Below, piece by piece: positions 63,164 through 64,000 of a stretch of DNA of 64,000 bases (position 1 is its first letter; each line of letters starts with the position of its first letter). The translations under genes and the position numbers were made by a program. The DNA is from a virus: IMG/VR virus record IMGVR_UViG_3300021077_000115, positions 46,064-110,063 of that record; one strand, written 5' to 3'. The notes under the pieces are model-generated. The model had not been told where the DNA came from. It did not search any database and worked only from the letters and a program-made list of their open reading frames with translations.

Positions 63164-63447
63164 CTTTCTACCCCTATCAAACCACGGTCATACTTAGTGG
63201 TGATCATCCGGTAGGTCTTGGCTAACGACTCAGGAGGCATACATCCAAAGCGGTCTGCATAGAGAAACTCCAACCTCTCCAGATTCCAATTCAGATAGTC
63301 ATCAAAGATCTCTCTCTGGGCCGCAATACGAGCCTTGAGGATAGAGTACAGTAAGCTGGTATGAACAGTCCGAGCATCGACAATCATCATGCCCAATGCT
63401 TGGGTTTCTACAGAGGGCTTAATGTTTGAACTATTGGTCTTGAACAT
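63157..63447 (-). CDS. hypothetical protein
   Basis: A 96-aa ORF. Confidence 0.35.
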   Translation of the reverse strand: MFKTNSSNIKPSVETQALGMMIVDARTVHTSLLYSILKARIAAQREIFDDYLNWNLERLEFLYADRFGCMPPESLAKTYRMITTKYDRGLIGVERC

Positions 63448-63477
63448 GTTAGATCCTTGCTAGGAGCTAGTTCCATC

Positions 63478-63813
63478 TTACAAGCCCGCGAATTCTTCGC
63501 ATGCCTTGACGTTTGCGTCGAACCGATCATTGTATTCGGCCCATGTATCCAGGCTATCGATTAGCTTCCAATAGGTATTCGCAGGGTCCATCCTCTTACA
63601 AGGGCCTTCGCAATCACTTTCCGAAGTCGCCCCGATTGCCGAATGTAAATTGCTGGCGCAGCAGCAAACGTTGAAGTTCTTAGGGCTGACCGTACCACCA
63701 TCATCGCCAGTTTCAATCTGACTACCACAAGCGGTTATCATCAGAACCAAACTTATCATAAAAACCAACAGAATCAGAATTGGTTTAATGTTCTTCATAC
63801 TTCCTCCGCACAT
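63478..63813 (-). CDS. small lipoprotein
   Basis: The signal peptide with lipobox is MKNIKPILILLVFMISLVLMITAC. The Cys-rich mature part runs for 111 aa. Confidence 0.5.
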   Translation of the reverse strand: MCGGSMKNIKPILILLVFMISLVLMITACGSQIETGDDGGTVSPKNFNVCCCASNLHSAIGATSESDCEGPCKRMDPANTYWKLIDSLDTWAEYNDRFDANVKACEEFAGL

Positions 63814-63989
63814 TTAGCTGTGCATTCATTACAGCAATTGCATTGCGTGATATTGGACTCAGCTTCCTCATCACCAGCTGCCATCTCTGCATCGTAAGGG
63901 CATGGATGAAGCTCAGCTGCTGGTGCTCCGCACTTGCAAAGCTTGGCAGCTTTGCGTCGTTTTGGTTTGGGGTTTTCCGAGGCTGTCAC
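63795..63989 (-). CDS. small Cys-rich protein
   Basis: The 64-aa ORF has CKCGAP...CPYD...CNCCNECTAKC. Confidence 0.35.
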   Translation of the reverse strand: MTASENPKPKRRKAAKLCKCGAPAAELHPCPYDAEMAAGDEEAESNITQCNCCNECTAKCAEEV

Positions 63990-64000
63990 GTCTTGTATCT

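Noticed and set aside
1-64000. I scanned by eye for tRNA or tmRNA genes in the larger non-coding gaps (21938-22164, 27353-27492, 28954-29069, 36307-36464, 43786-43912 and 44540-44829).
   Set aside because: I could not recognise any cloverleaf-compatible sequence with a GTTCRANYC T-loop. The gaps instead contain small ORFs, a promoter, hairpins or terminators. A tRNAscan or ARAGORN run is needed for certainty.

Overview
This 64-kb window reads like a fragment of a large (jumbo-class) bacteriophage or phage-like mobile element. Genes are short and tightly packed, with many 4-nt ATGA-type start/stop overlaps, and almost all lie on the minus strand. Three homing-endonuclease genes sit on the plus strand: a 5'-partial HNH-AP2 gene, a disrupted LAGLIDADG gene and an HNH gene. 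A ~349-aa intein with a double-LAGLIDADG domain interrupts the GxGK|T P-loop of an SNF2 helicase. Recognisable cargo includes a compact type I-C CRISPR-Cas interference module (cas3-cas5c-cas8c-cas7 plus a 12-repeat/11-spacer array) with no cas1, cas2 or cas4 anywhere in the window. There is an ADP-ribosylation toolkit: a WGR-PARP with an intact H-Y-E triad, a MacroD-like macrodomain and a fragmented PARG-like macro locus. There is an NHEJ pair (Ku plus a minimal ATP-dependent ligase) with an adjacent metallophosphoesterase. Other calls are an FtsK/SpoIIIE-like translocase, a radical SAM/SPASM-like enzyme with a duplicated small partner protein, an M16 (HxxEH) peptidase, a PspA/IM30 plus TPM-domain membrane pair, an AT-hook/H1-like protein, a secreted C1 peptidase lipoprotein and a DUF1281/Api92-like protein. 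The most unusual signals are: (1) a perfect solitary 36-bp CRISPR repeat 28 kb from the array, at the junction of a tandem gene-pair duplication and in the 5' leader of a gene; (2) one spacer built from the same 7-bp-periodic units as an 18-unit heptad tract elsewhere in this element; (3) a repeat-like fragment plus a 10-bp hairpin just upstream of cas5c; and (4) two conserved upstream DNA motifs. All protein calls rest on motifs read by eye from the six-frame ORF track; no database searches were run. Start codons are often ambiguous because the track uses alternative starts.
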